NCBI RefSeq assembly: GCF_009914755.1
Contig: NC_060935.1
Direction: 5' to 3' (one strand)
Length of the DNA stretch: 64,000 nt
Origin: the human T2T-CHM13v2.0 reference genome, Homo sapiens
Shown here: positions 25,993 to 39,360 of the stretch, in pieces
Layout: every line of letters begins with the position of its first letter
How positions within the stretch are numbered: position 1 is the stretch's first letter
Position numbers and translations under genes: made by a program
Notes under the pieces: model-generated
What the model was told of the DNA's origin: nothing
Database searches by the model: none
Seen by the model: the letters and a program-made list of their open reading frames with translations, nothing else

Positions 25993-27349
25993 TATAGAGT
26001 ATGTGACGTGTTGTGTGCATGTATGTGTACCAGAGTGCTCGAGGGGTACGATGCCAACCCTCAAGCTGGCCGCTATTAGTCATTGATTGCTGAATGTGTT
26101 CTAACCCACTTTGCAAAGCACTTACTCATGTTTTCTCATTTGGTCTTAACAACTCTGCAGGCTATGCATGGTTGTCCCCATTTCACCCTTGAAGAAACTG
26201 AAATTCAGAGAAGAATAACCAGACAGTATATACTCGGAGTTTTATTTTGTCTTTCTAGCTCAAAGGCTATGTTTGAGCTCTGCTAAACTCCAAGCCTTTG
26301 CCTTAACGGAGATGCAGAAGAGAGTAAGAAAAGACCTTGCGCCTAAAAAGCCAGTTGTGAGACTAAGACTTAAATGGGAACTAAAGTTTTAAGATTTTAG
26401 GCAAAATATGATCAGTCCCAACCTGGAGGGAAGTGAGCTGCCAAGTTCGTGGCTGGGGTGAAGTTTAATAGAGGAGGAGCTTTTTGAGTTAAGTCTTGAA
26501 GTAGGAATAGGACTTTGAGAAGCTGAAAAGAGGGAAGGGCACTGCAGTCAAGGGGAACTAGAGATTCTGGAAAGCACACACCTAATGCTGGGGTTAGAAC
26601 AAAATAAAGAGAAGGAGGATGTGCCAGGGGTAGAAGAAGTTAAAAAAGAGTTTTCAACTTGTCTTCAGGATACCAAGATTTTTGTGCCATTTCCTTTTCT
26701 GACTAAATGTGACAACTTAGGCAAGGCTTTTAACTTTTTAAATTTTAATATTTTTTCTCCATATGTCAAAAGTCATCCAAGGAACTATCATAAGAAAAAA
26801 GGTAATACTATGAAAAAGCCATCAGAAGTCCTTGATAGAAAAGTGCTCTGTAAATACGGGAAATTAGATTGTAATGGACAACAATGACCTGGCCCAGAAC
26901 AGTAGACCACCACGGTAGGAGGAGAGGAGCTGACTCTCACCTGCCTATCAGAGTCACTTCCTCCCTCAGGCAGATGATGTCTTCTGCCTCACCCTAAAAG
27001 TCAGCTCAAACTCCTTAAACTGCCACTGTTTAAGCTTTTAACCATCTGGGGAGAATTGTAGACATGTGATAGTAACAGACTACTTTTTGACCAAAGCAAC
27101 CAGAGGATATGCCACTACTTGTGCTATACAACACAGGTAATACCGTTTCACCACCCTGGACCTCAGTTCCCCATCCGTAAAATGAGGAAGTAGGAGGAGA
27201 TGTTCCCCAAGGTTGTCTCCAGATGTAATGTTCCATAGCAATGAAAGATGACAATTCATCCAGAGTGCTTGGGATGCTAATATGTATCAACTAAAATTCA
27301 AAATAAAACAAAAACCAACCAACAAAAGCAGACGAGAAAAACAATAAGG

Positions 27350-27545
27350 AGGGAGGGATTCTATGGTCAAATTTTGTTCAAAAAATTAAACACAGCTCAT
27401 TACTGAAAGCCTTCAGTAAGTTGAAATGCATTGATAATCTAAAGGAGGATAAGATATAGAACTCCTCCAAAACTTACTTGTCCACATAGTTGTTTTTTCC
27501 CAGATATATTGTCCATTGGAATATACTTTTAAAAAAATTACACTA
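27350..27545 (-). mobile_element. MER103C-type hAT-Charlie fragment
   Basis: ggattctatggtcaaat...aatgcattgataatct...aaacttacttgtccac. Confidence 0.55.
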
Positions 27546-27809
27546 GGTTTGGCCTAATCAGTTCAAACCCAAGGCAGTTCTCTCCTAGGCTCAGGAGAGA
27601 AGGTTAGTACGTAGAGAAAGCCCTGGATTAGGGCTGTCCAGACCAGGAATACTCATGTTTTAAGGCCACTTCTGTACTCTTTCTTACAGTGTGACCCTGG
27701 ACAAGTCATTGCTTTTCTTTTACCTCATAATTAAAACAGTTTGGATAAAGTGGTCTCCAAAGTATCTTCTGGTTCTAATAATATTTTGTGAATACATAAT
27801 TTTCTGTAG

Positions 27810-28150
27810 CTTGTTCATTCATTCAGCAAATATGCACAGAGGAGAAGTTGTGTGCCAGCAACTCTAAGGAGACTGAAAGAAAAATCGAATATGTGCCATG
27901 TGGGAAGTCTCAGGCCACTAAGAAAGATAGACACATGCACAGTGACAAATGAGTGTGATCAGTGCTTGTGTCCAAGCGTGGCTCGAAGAGGGCATCTCAC
28001 CATTCTGGGGAAGGGGATGGTTAGGAATGGCTTGTTGGAGGCAATACTGGTGGAAGGATGAATAGGAATTAACATGGTGGTAAAAAGAGCTCTGGGTGAA
28101 GAAACGTCATGGATAGAGAGAACACTGAATGCAATGTATCTGGGAACCAT
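27810..28150 (-). mobile_element. L2 3' end
   Basis: ttcattcattcagcaaatatgc...tgtgccagca...ggaaggatgaataggaattaac. Confidence 0.7.
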
Positions 28151-28769
28151 AACATCAACAGCAAAAACAATAGTAATGATGGCATCAGCGGCTATGATAG
28201 CTCCAGCAAATATTAGGTGTTAGATCAGAGCTAAGGGCTTTACATTCATTAATCTCTAATTTCTACAACCCTATAAAGTAGTTATTATACTGATTTTATA
28301 GTTGAGGCAGTAACAGCCAATTCATTATGTTTTGGGGGGATGTTTCCTTGAATACAATTAACTTTCAGCTAACCCTAAATAATCTATCTACTTAATCTAT
28401 TACTCATATCATTTTCAGTCTGAGATTTTTTTTCCCCTTTAATTCAAGTTCCTTCTGGCTGCTTCTGATCAACTCCAGTGAGGGCATGAAATGGAAACTC
28501 TTTTCAGTATTGGCTTAGGCAAAATATTAGGATGTGCAAACATCATGATGGATTTTAAACAAAAAATGAGTGATTTTTAGAAATTTCCATGAACATTTCT
28601 CCCCTCCATTGGGTGAATTATTGTGATTAGGACTTAATTAATTCAGTTGTCCTTCCTGACTTTGGAAAGTCTTGAACTTTTTTTATATTAATGCATTCAT
28701 TCATCAATCATTTATTGAAAACCAATCCCATGCCAGACACTGAATAAAACACTTTGGGGATTACCTTGA

Positions 28770-29200
28770 ATACCACATGACTCAATGGAGGTGGTACCTC
28801 TTCCAGGAAGTCTTTCTGGCTTTACACCTTCACGTGTGCAACAAGCTGGGTCAAATGACTTTGTCTGCTCCCAAACTGCTCTGCATCTTGATTAATCATA
28901 ATACTTTGTTCATTGTAGCACAATTGTCAATTTGCTTATTTGTAATTTTTGATTTGGTATCTTGATTATGTCTATGAGGGCGGAGATGGTGTGTGCTGTT
29001 AACTGCTGTATTTCCAATGCCTAATATACCACTTGGCTGCATAATAGGTCCAGCACATGGTTGTGTATTGAATGGATGGACTTTCAGTTTTTTGAATACA
29101 GAGATCTATCTAACATTTTAAAAATCCAAAGTGCTTATCAAAATGCCTCAACATAGTAGGGGTGCCTTAGAAATTTGTTGAATGAAATGAATAAATAAAA
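28770..29200 (+). mobile_element. L2 3' fragments
   Basis: ctcaatggaggtggtacctcttccaggaagtcttt...gtatttccaatgcctaata; second tail aaatttgttgaatgaaatgaataaa. Confidence 0.65.
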
Positions 29201-29254
29201 GATGACAGGCATAGTCTCTGTCTCAAGAAGCCTACAATCTAGCAAGGGAGATAG

Positions 29255-29620
29255 GTTACTTGTGGACCAGCTTCTACCCTTTCTACTGAGGAAGAGAACT
29301 CCATCTTTCTCTATTCATGGGCCGTGTGGCTTGCATGGGGCTCCACCCGCAGCTAGGACAGAGAAGATCGCTCCAGAAATTGATTCAGAGGTGGCCACCT
29401 GATCCAACCAATTCTTGCCAGAGAGAACATATGAATCCCAGGTCTTGGAATTGAAGAGATCTTGGTTTCCACTGATGTTGGAAGTAAGGATATAAAGCTT
29501 GGAGCTTTTGCAAACAACTGGCTACTATGAGGGAAGCAATCTGAGAGTGGAGCCAGCCCAATGGAAGGAAAGCTGAGAGACTGCCTATTGGTCAATATAT
29601 TTCCTTTTATCACTGTATGA
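29255..29620 (+). mobile_element. Old MaLR LTR fragment (MLT1K/L-like)
   Basis: gattcagaggtggccacctgatccaa...aagcttggagct...gaagcaatctgagagtggagccagc. Confidence 0.45.
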
Positions 29621-30654
29621 GTTGGAGTTATCAGATATTTGTAATAGATCATTTTAACTGATATAGGCATGGGCCCATAACATTGTAAAGGAAGAGAGTT
29701 CCCAATAATTTAGAGAACTCAAAAGAGAGATTTGTCATTTCAATGAAGAACTCAGGAGAGAGGTGGAAATGTTTAATCCAGGCCATTAATGCAGGTGATT
29801 ACTTGAATTCTCAGGTAAAAGTTAAGTGGAAGTACTTGAATTAGGCCTTGAGAGATGAAAAGGATCTATCTATTAATGTAGGTGAAGCACTTCCAAAAGA
29901 GGAAGCAATGGGAGCAATGTGATGAGGCCCAAACATAGGGAACACTTAGGAATAAATGCCTGGCTGGAGCCTGAGTTCCATCTTAGGCAATGACAGGAGA
30001 GAAGCAAGGACAGGTGGGTAGGATGGAAGACCTTGAACACCAGGCACTGCAGTATGGGATCTGTAGCAAACGTGCATCTCCCTTCCTGGGAGGTAGGGTG
30101 TGGAGTGGAACTGTCCATCGAATGCCCACCAGATGGCATCCCCTGGGCCTACCGTAGACTTTTGGGATCAGAAGCTGAGCCCGCCTTTCTGCTTTATGAA
30201 AGATGCCTTAGGATCTCCCCTCATTCGTGATTATTTCCTTACACCATCTGCAGATTTTTAACTGGCTATTTGTAGGGAAAGGGAGAGAAGAAGAGAATAG
30301 AGAGGCACCAGTGATAGGCCCTTTGGAAGCTTCAGGTCTCAATATGAAAACTGCATCCCCAAGACACATCTCCTCACAATGGGAGTGAAAGGAGAGGTGA
30401 AGGAAAGTATCAGAAAAATAGTAACATGAAATTCCTCTTCATTTGCCAGGGCCATAGCAAGAAAGAATGGGGCCTTGGTAAGAGACATTTCCAAACTGAC
30501 AATCAGGGTTTCATATGGGATTTTACACTCCTCTAAGGCGGAGGGCAGGTGTTCACCTTCCATCCTCTCTGCTGCCAAGACCAAAGTGGGTGTTTCAGGC
30601 TAATTCTGCTCTACTCAAATCAGCTGAAAACTTAGGCAAAATAAGCTTTCTATG

Positions 30655-30831
30655 TAGGCCTGGCTTCATGAGCATGCGATCTATTTAGCTGCATGAAGCG
30701 TCCATGCTTAGAGGGGCCCAAAGCTAGATTTAATGCTCTTCTGCCATCATTAAAATTTTTAATATTTTTTGAACAAAAGTCTCCATAATTTCATTTTGCA
30801 CTGGAACTTGCAAATTATGTAGCTGGTCCTG
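30655..30831 (+). mobile_element. MER45A hAT-Tip100 MITE, full length
   Basis: taggcctggcttcatgagcatgcgatct...ttcattttgcactgg...gcaaattatgtagctggtcctg; 8-bp TSD (t/c)ttctatg. Confidence 0.85.
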
Positions 30832-31341
30832 CTTCTATGTCTCAGGGAGTGGAGGGAAAAAGTCAAAGGTCACTTAAATTACTAAGATTTGGCTGCTTTC
30901 CTTTGGCCATCTCGTGGTGGTAACTTGCCTTACCTGGTAGGTTGTTGCATACGTCCCACAGCTTCTGAACCTCTCTCCCCTGTCTCCTACTTTACCACTT
31001 TAGAAAGTGCAGCCTCTACTTCCATCAGTGTGTGTCCCATCTGCCTCTCAGGAGCAGGCAGAAATGATTCCCATCCCTTCATTATATTTTCCCTGATTCT
31101 TCCTGTTAAAAGGTATTTCCTTTTTTCTGTCATCTTACATTGAACTTTTATCACTTTTGTATTGTATTATGGTTACTTTCGCCAGGTAAGATGGAGCCAG
31201 CATAAGCTTTTAGAGAGAAGAACCTAGATTGAATGCACAGCTTTGGAAATACAAACTTTCTGAACCTCAAGGTCATTATGGGTTAAAATGGGAGGAAAAA
31301 CTACTTATCATTTAGGGTCACTGAAAACATTAATTGAGATA

Positions 31342-31476
31342 CAGCTAGTGAGTCAAATCTTTTGGTTTGCCCAGGACAATCCTGGCCTATGCCTATTAGC
31401 CAAACATTATTATTAATATTGCCCCCTTTTAACTTCAAAGCATCCTGGTTTGAATAAAAAGTTATATGGCTCTCAA
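31342..31476 (-). mobile_element. MER94 hAT-Blackjack MITE nested in a MIR
   Basis: ggtttgcccaggacaatcctgg...attattaatattgccccctttt...catcctggtttgaataaaaagttatatgg. Confidence 0.7.
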
Positions 31477-31569
31477 GTTTCATATTTTAAAATGCCCAGG
31501 AAGGCATCTGACACATAGTAGGTGCTCGAGACATGTTTGCTGAATCAGAAGCTCTTTTTTTTTTTCTTA

Positions 31570-31715
31570 CAAGAAATTTTCTTAGCTGTGCATGGGTGTT
31601 ACACCTATATTTCTAGCTATTCAGGAAGCTGAGGATGGAGAATCACTTGAGTCCGGGAGGTCAAGGATGCAGTCAGCCATAATTGTACCACTGCACTCCA
31701 GCCTGGGTGACAGAG
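31570..31715 (+). mobile_element. Alu right monomer (FRAM/AluJ)
   Basis: gaatcacttgagtccgggaggtcaagg...ccactgcactccagcctgggtgacagag. Confidence 0.85.
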
Positions 31716-32068
31716 GGAGAGAGGGAGGGAGGGAGGAAGGGAGGGAAGGAAGGAAGGAAGGAAGGAAGGAAGGAAGGAAGGAAGGAAGGAAGGAAGGAAG
31801 GAAGGGCAGGAGGGAGGGCTGGAGGGAAGAAAGGAAGGAAGGTAGGGAAGAGGGAGGGAGGAAGGCAGAAAGAGAGGAAAGAAAGAAATAACGGGAGGGG
31901 GGAAGGAAGGAAGGAAGGAAGGGTGGGAAGGAGGGAGGGAGGGAAGAAAGGAAGGAAGGGAGGGAAGAGGGAGGGAGGAAAGGAGGGAGGCAGGAAGGGA
32001 GAAAGAGAGGAAAGAAACAAAGGAAAGGAGGGAGGGAGGGAAGGAAGGAAGGAAGAAAGAGAAAGGAA
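31712..32068. repeat. ~350-bp purine tract containing perfect (GGAA)15 at 31744-31803
   Basis: Direct reading; GGAA/GGGA units extend from the Alu tail position. Confidence 0.95.
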
Positions 32069-33128
32069 TTTTTCCTTCCCTTTTGAGGGGCATGTGCATA
32101 CATTTTTATATCTCTACCAAACTTTACAGATTTATAATTAATGACAAAGTACGCAGAAGTTAAAAAAAACCACTGTGTGATGGAAAAAAATGACAAAACC
32201 ACCACTTTCATCATGCCTCTGATTCTTCAAGGGCTGCCATGATGGCTCTTTTGCCCTTTGTGTGGCTTCATGGGAGGGAACAGGGCATGCTGCTCTTTTG
32301 TTTTATTGCTATTCCAGTGGTGTGCAGGTACGCAGAGGTGCAGGGACAGTGGAGTGCTTTTAGTTTTACATTTACACTGAATAAAGCACATTCATGGCAT
32401 CCCCATCTCCTTTGAGGAGGAGCTCGAGTCTGGGGAGGGGGGGAGCTCTGACCTATTAGTATTGAGGGAGTATCTACTATGTGATGAGTGCCAAGGCCAA
32501 CCCTTTATATCAACTGCAGTGGGGTCGGTGTCTGCTCATGAGCATCCCTGGAGTAATTGGCTTCATGGAATCTTGCTTTGGCTGGCACAGTTTCCTCTCA
32601 CAGTCTGGGGAACCTCTGAACTGTGGAGTTGATTGTCATGACTTGCCCAGCTCCCCGGCCAGACACCTCACTCAATATCGCAATAGCACAGATGCATTGG
32701 AAAACACGGCATCTTGATCTTGTTGTTTGGGTCATAACACTTTGCCCTCACTGTTTTGATCACACTTGGATCTTTTCTCCATCAGCAGTGGGGGCAATTA
32801 ATCTGTGGTATGCAGAGCGGTTGGAATTATGGATTAGAAATACAATGTGGCCAACCTGGACATAAGTATGATCCTGAAATGTCTGCCAGGTAGGTAGACA
32901 GTAATGAGTAATATTGTTAATTCATTAGTTATGAATTAACAACAAAAAAGCTTAGTTTCGTTATCTAGTTCACAATGAATATTACTGGTAAAAAGACAAA
33001 CTTGAAATAAAACTGATGGCCATCAAAACTGAACTCCCCACAGACTAGGCGCTCCTTTTTTGCACTCCCTTAAAACTTGTTGCCTGTCTCTGCCTCGCCA
33101 GGGGTCACACTGTTCTCTAATGTGTAGG

Positions 33129-33507
33129 TGTATTAGTCTATTCTCACACTGCTATACAGAACTGCCTGAGACTGGGTAATTTATGAAGAAAATAGGTTTA
33201 ATGAACTCACAGTTCTACAGGCTTAACAGGAAGCATGATTGGGAGGCCTCAGGATACTTACAATCATGGCGGAAGGCGAACGGGAAGCAAGCATGTCTTA
33301 TCGTGGTGAAGCAGGAGAGAGAGAGCAAAGAAAGCCACACACTTTTAAATCATTAGATCTTGTGAGAACTCACCCACTATCACAGGAACAGCGAGGGGGA
33401 AACCCATCCCTATGATCCAATCACCTCCTACCAGGCCCCTCCCCTGACACACGGGCATTACAATTTGACATGAGAGTTGGGTGGGGACACAGAGTCAAAC
33501 CATATTA
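33129..33507 (-). mobile_element. THE1D-like MaLR solo LTR inside L2
   Basis: tgtattagtc...gagactgggtaatttatgaagaaaa...ggcctcagg...cttacaatcatggcggaagg...aaaccatatta; flanks gtagg/gtggg. Confidence 0.85.
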
Positions 33508-33719
33508 GTGGGCTTATGTGTTTTTCTTGCTGACAAGACTGGGAACTTGTTGAGAGCAAAAATGATCTTCTTCATGCCTGTGTCAAGCAGCAGTCCAGTT
33601 CAGACCAGTATTTGTCCAGAAATCTAGCACTTGCCTCACATAGGAAAAATGAAGCAGCTTGGCCATCAGTACCTTCACCCTCATTTTAAAGTGTGCTTTG
33701 TTTGTGGAGGAGACACTGA

Positions 33720-34130
33720 AAGTCATTGTAAGGTCATTGGCTGAATTTTAGTTGGATTTAGTTGGGACCCCTTAGAGAGTCTTGGGCAGAGGAATGACAT
33801 AATCTGACTTAGGCTTTAAAAAGATCGCTCTGGCTGCTGGGTCAAGAACAGATTGTGAGGGATGGAGGTTCAGGAGACTGGCTGGGGGGCTACATCAGCC
33901 ACCTAGGTGAAATACGAAGTAGGGCTTGAACCAGGGCAGAAGCAGGGGAATGGTGCCATATTTTGAACATGAGGCTGATGGGTTTGGCTCATGAAGCAGA
34001 TGTACGGAGTGAGGGAAAGAAAGAGGAGGCAAGGACGACTCCAGTGCTTTTGGTCTGAGTAATGGAAGACTGGAGTTATTATTCATTGAGTTGAGGAAGG
34101 GTGGGGCTGGGAGCAGATTTGGAATACTAT
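33720..34130 (-). mobile_element. L2 (L2a-like) fragment
   Basis: gcagaggaatgacataatctgacttagg...aagatcgctctggctgctg...aaggacgactccagtgcttttggtctgag. Confidence 0.8.
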
Positions 34131-34682
34131 CCACTGTAGGAAGGGAGACTGTCACTGGGCTTGTCCCCAGCCTCTCCCAACTCCCCATTCCTGCCTTTGG
34201 GAAACCCCAGTCCTGCCCAGGCCCCGGTCTTGCTCCCATAGCACCAGCTTCTAACCTCTGCCTCCTTCAGCATCCTTTTATGTGCTGCTCGTACCCTAGG
34301 ATGTCCTCATGTCTGTCAGATGCATCGGGAAGGAAAATCAGGTTCTACCCAATTAGCTCATCTTAAGTGGATTTCACTGTGCATTTAATTAAACCTGTTA
34401 TAATCTTGAAGGGTATTTTGATACATGGCACTTGATACAGAGTAATTAGACTACTGTGGGCATGCACATAAATAACTCTGGGCTGAGGTTTAAGCTGGGC
34501 TCTGCTGCTATGGGTTTGTACCAGCTATCTTGCCAATAATTTCAAAGCCAATAATGTTTACACACTCTAGTTTGCAGCCTTCTTAGTCCTTCTGGCTGGT
34601 GGATCGATTGCAAGGTCATCTGGTTATACTTTGCTCTGGCATAGAAGAAGCATTCCTGATCTTGTCACTCCCACTCAAATGA

Positions 34683-34958
34683 ATTTATTTTAAAAAAATT
34701 GACACATAATAATTGTACATATCTATGAGTTACATAGTGATGTTTCCATACATAAAACGTATGTATCAGATCAGGGCAATTAGCATATGCATCATCTCAA
34801 ATATTTATCATTTCTTTGTGTTGGGAACATTCAATATCATTCTTCTAGTTATTTGAAACTATATATTATTACCTACAAAGCTATAGAAGACTAGAGCTTA
34901 CTCCTCCTATCTAGCTGTATCCTTTGACAAATATCTCCCCATCCTCCTTTCCCCTACT
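34683..34958 (-). mobile_element. L1MA-type 3' end
   Basis: aattgacacataataattgtacatatc...catcatctcaaatatttatcatttctttgtgttgggaacattcaa. Confidence 0.85.
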
Positions 34959-35136
34959 GTAAAAACTCCTTGAGTGTGCATTCTTGGCCATGCAAAATTT
35001 TGGTGGCCCATTACTTTTCCAGTATATACTCAGTCCTCAAAACTTTATTCTACCGGACAACTATATCTCAATCTGCCTCCAAAACTTTGCTTCAGCCACT
35101 TCCTCTGCATTGAGTTTCCTTTGTCTTTCTTTTATT

Positions 35137-35485
35137 CTGTATTTGTCAGAACAGGATAGATTATGCCACAGTAACAAATGACCCCGACATCTCAGTGGCT
35201 TACTGTACCAAAGGGTTTTATTTTTCTTTCTCTCTCTCAGTCCTTCTGTACAACCACTGCAGGTCAAGTGCAGCTCAGCTCTATGCTGATTATTAGGGTA
35301 GAGGTAAAAGAGAACATGGGTAATCATATACTGGGTCTTCAAGCTTCTACTGAGAAATGGCATATTCATTTCCAATAACATTTCCTTGGTTAAATAAATC
35401 ACATGACTGAGCCTGCCATTAATGGGGTGGGGAAGTAAAATCCTCCCCTGGACAGACCGTGAATGTTGTGAACAATAATATGGTC
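35137..35485 (-). mobile_element. MLT1J-type MaLR LTR
   Basis: caggatagattatgccacagtaacaaatgacccc...ctcagtggctta...aatcacatgactgagcctgcc. Confidence 0.65.
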
Positions 35486-36219
35486 TGAAGTTGCACTATG
35501 AATCTTTCCAAGATAACTCCTCATTTTTATTTCCAAAGCAGGGGTCATTCTGTACTTTCCATTAGAGTTTCAAAAGTTTGTGTTTTTCTCCTTTAACAGA
35601 TATGGAGCTGGCAGACGGGGCAGTGCTTTTTGTATCTTTCTCACCGAAGGTGTCTAGTAGACACACATTAAATGTTATATGAATAAAGGTGGCCTTTCCA
35701 ATTGTGTACTATCCAGGAGGCAACATTAAGAAGCAGAAAAGCCTGAGAAAGCTAGAACTGCTCCCCTTAGAAGCGCATATGGTTTTGTTCAGTAATAGCT
35801 TTATTTCATTCTATCCTTATGACAACCTTAGGGGACATAGGTAGTATTTTTACCCCCATTATATATATGAGAACACAGAGGCCCAGAGAGACACAAAGAT
35901 GCTCACTTTCAGGGTGAATTAAATTATTGTCGGTTTAGCACTACTTTTGAACTTAAAGTGATGTTTAAAAATGAGGATTACTGTTTCATGGCCAAAAGGA
36001 TAGGCTCAAGCCTTCTGTCTAACAGGAGCATGCCTTTGCCAACACATATGCCCTCCAGAGAGTAGGGATGGGTTGCGTCGGAGAAAATCATTGGGTTACC
36101 CAACAAGATTCAGATAGACTCACTTAATTGCTGGAGTTTATGCTTTCCTGAATTATTACATTAGGCTATTGTGTTAGGGAGAGCCAGAGATTTAAAATCG
36201 ATTCCTTGGAATGAGTGGA

Positions 36220-36449
36220 ATGGATTAGTGTTTACCCAATACTTGTACCCCATTGTATTAGGAAGTAATCAGCTTACTTTTGATTTTACAGGATCATAGG
36301 CAGAAGGCACTTGCCTTGTCTCAGGTAAGACTTTGGACTGTGGACTTCTGGGTTAAAGCTGAAATGAGTTAAGACTATGGGGGACTGTTGGGAAGGTATG
36401 GTTAGTTTCAAAATGTGAGTACATGTATTTGGAGGGGCCAGGGACAGAA
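36220..36449 (+). mobile_element. THE1 internal region, 3' end with polypurine tract
   Basis: tgtttacccaatacttgtaccccattgta...gattttacagg...gactttggactgtggactt...ggaggggccagggacagaa directly before the LTR. Confidence 0.85.
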
Positions 36450-36802
36450 TGATATGGTTTGGCTGTGTCCCCACCCAAATCTCATCTTGAATTGTACTCC
36501 CATAATTCTCACGTGTTATAGGAGGGACCCAGTGGGAGATCATATGAATCATGGGGGCGGTTTCCCCCATACTGTTCTCATGGTAGTTAATAAGTCTGAT
36601 GACATCTGATTGTTTTATCACAGGTTGCTGTTTTTGCATCCTCCTTATTTTTCTGTTACCACGGTCATGTAAGAAGTGCCTTTTGCCTCCCACCATGATT
36701 CTGAGGCCTCCCAGCCATGTGGAACTGTAAGTCCAATTAAACCTCTTTTTCTTCCCAATCTTGGGTATATCATTATCAGCAGCATGAAAATGGACTAATA
36801 CA
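36450..36802 (+). mobile_element. THE1B-type 3' LTR
   Basis: tgatatggtttggctgtgtccccacccaaatctcatcttgaattgta...aattaaacctc...gcagcatgaaaatggactaataca. Confidence 0.9.
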
Positions 36803-37000
36803 CCATCTCTACAAAAAATTTAAAAAATTGGCTGAGTACCATGGGACATGCCTATGGTCCCAGCTACTCAGGAGGCTGAGGTGGGTCAAAGATCGCCTGA
36901 GCCCAGGAGGTTAAGGCTGCAGTGAGCCAAGATCGTACCACTGGACTCCAGCCTGGGAAACAGAGTGAGTGAGGTCCTGTCTCCAAAGCAAACAAAAACC
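36803..37000 (+). mobile_element. AluJ right half (left arm missing)
   Basis: Starts abruptly at ccatctctacaaaaaatt directly after the LTR; gagcccaggaggttaaggctgcagtgagc. Confidence 0.85.
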
Positions 37001-37167
37001 CAAAATATATAAAAATATACACAATGGAAGGAACAAACTCATTTGTGGAGACAATAAAAATGTATGCTTAAAAAGTTGTCATTATGTCAGTTCATTATAC
37101 AGAGCTATTCATTGCCAATACCTATGCTAAGTATTGGAGAAAGAGAGATGGAAAAGAACTAGTTCCT

Positions 37168-37499
37168 AGACAGGCGTGGTGGCTCTTGTCTGTAATCCCA
37201 GGACACTGGGATGCCGAGATGGGTGGATTGGTTGAGTCCAGGAATTAGAGACCAGACTGGGCAACAGGGCAAAACCCCATCTTTAGTAAAAGTGCAAAAA
37301 ATTAGCCGGGTGTGTGGCATACGCCTGTAGTTCCAGCTATTCGAGAGGCTGAGGTCAGAGAATCACCTGAGGCTATAGTGAGCCGAGATCACGCCCCTGC
37401 ACTCCAACCTGGGCAACCAGAATGAGAACCTGTCTCAAAAAACAAACAAAAACAAAAACAAAAAAGAAAACAAACAAACAAACAAACAAACAAACAAAA
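37168..37499 (+). mobile_element. AluJ with (AAAC)n tail
   Basis: Dimer with a short right-arm deletion; TSD aactag(t/c)tcct; inserted in an L2 fragment. Confidence 0.88.
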
Positions 37500-38019
37500 C
37501 TAGCTCCTGCCCTTGAAGAAACCTCATACCTAGGAGAGGAAGCATCTTTCATTGCAAGGCAGACTAATAACCGTCAGGTAGGAGGCACAAACCAAATATT
37601 TGGGAGCACAGAGAAAGAGAAGGGGAAGGCAATACCGGAGGGAAAGCTGCTGATCCCAGCAGTATTACTCTAGTCCAGGTGGCTTATTAACCAGATTGTC
37701 AATAATGTCATGGTAAATGTTTCTAATGTTTTTTTAAAAGCCTCCAAGCATTTTATTGCATTTGACCCTTCATCTAATAAAACTATCTGCCTACACCAAG
37801 TGGTGTCAGCATGTCACTTAACATGAGCGGCCAAGTCCATTCCAAGGTCCACAAGGGAGAGGGGCTCCTTATGAAAGCAGTTCTTCCTCCCCGCATGCCT
37901 GATCCAACTCACACCCTCCACTATAAATTCCACCCAGGCCATGTCTGATCTGTGTTCTTGAGTATGTTGTGTATGTATCCTAGTTCTGCTCCAGACTCTG
38001 GCAAGTATTTCTACCATGG

Positions 38020-38480
38020 AGGCTAAATAGCATCAGCTAGGAGTCAGGGCTCTCAAAGCAGCCAGTATGTCTGGATTCACATCCTGGCTCCATCACTGAG
38101 CCGTAAGCCCATAGAGAGGATCAGTTTTCTCATCTTTAAATCAGGAATTATGAACATCTGCTTTGCTGACATCCTGTGGATATTGTGAATGCTTTAACAA
38201 TTCCCTATTATTAGCCCTGCCACCACCACCAATACCTAACATATACTAAAAATGTCATTTGTGCCAAGCCCTAGGCTCAGCATTTTGTGTGCAACATCCT
38301 ATTTAACCCTTACAGTTCTCCGAGGTTAACCATGTATTTATCTCCATTGTAGAGATGAGGTGACTATGGCTCAGTTACCTCAAGCAACCTGCCCAATATT
38401 ATGTAGCTCTGGAGTGCCTGGGACAAGACTTGAACCCAGGTTAATCATGCTACCAAGGTAAACCCTTTCCGACCACATTC
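38020..38480. mobile_element. MIR (+) then MIR (-)
   Basis: ggattcacatcctggctccatcact...tcagttttctcatctttaaa; then ctccattgtagagatgagg...gacttgaacccagg. Confidence 0.7.
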
Positions 38481-38549
38481 TACTCACAAAGGAAGTGGAA
38501 ACATGGTGCCCAAGTCAGGGTATAAGAATTACTTAGAAAAGACACACCT

Positions 38550-39128
<579 letters not shown>

Positions 39129-39149
39129 GATACACTGCAACATACCACA

Positions 39150-39181
39150 GCACAAACACACACCACAACACACACACACAC

Positions 39182-39222
<41 letters not shown>
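39150..39222. repeat. (CA)n microsatellite
   Basis: Perfect (AC)20 at 39183-39222 with a degenerate upstream flank. Confidence 0.95.
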
Positions 39223-39223
<1 letters not shown>

Positions 39224-39227
<4 letters not shown>

Positions 39228-39360
39228 CTGGTTCCGCTTCAGCAGATTCTGGTTCAGTGCATCTGGGGCTAGGGAAATTATGTATTTTTTTAAAAAGCAA
39301 ATGGCCTAGGTAATTTTGATATAGCTGGCTCTTAGAAAGACTTTTGGGACCTCACTTTGA
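39224..39360. mobile_element. MER5-family fragment
   Basis: cagattctggttcagtgcatctgggg...tgtattttt...ggtaattttgat...ctcactttga. Confidence 0.55.

Noticed and set aside
31592-32214. Several overlapping 99-197 aa ORFs (EGRK / PSFL repeats)
   Set aside because: Artefacts of the stop-free GGAA/GGGA tract plus the Alu monomer
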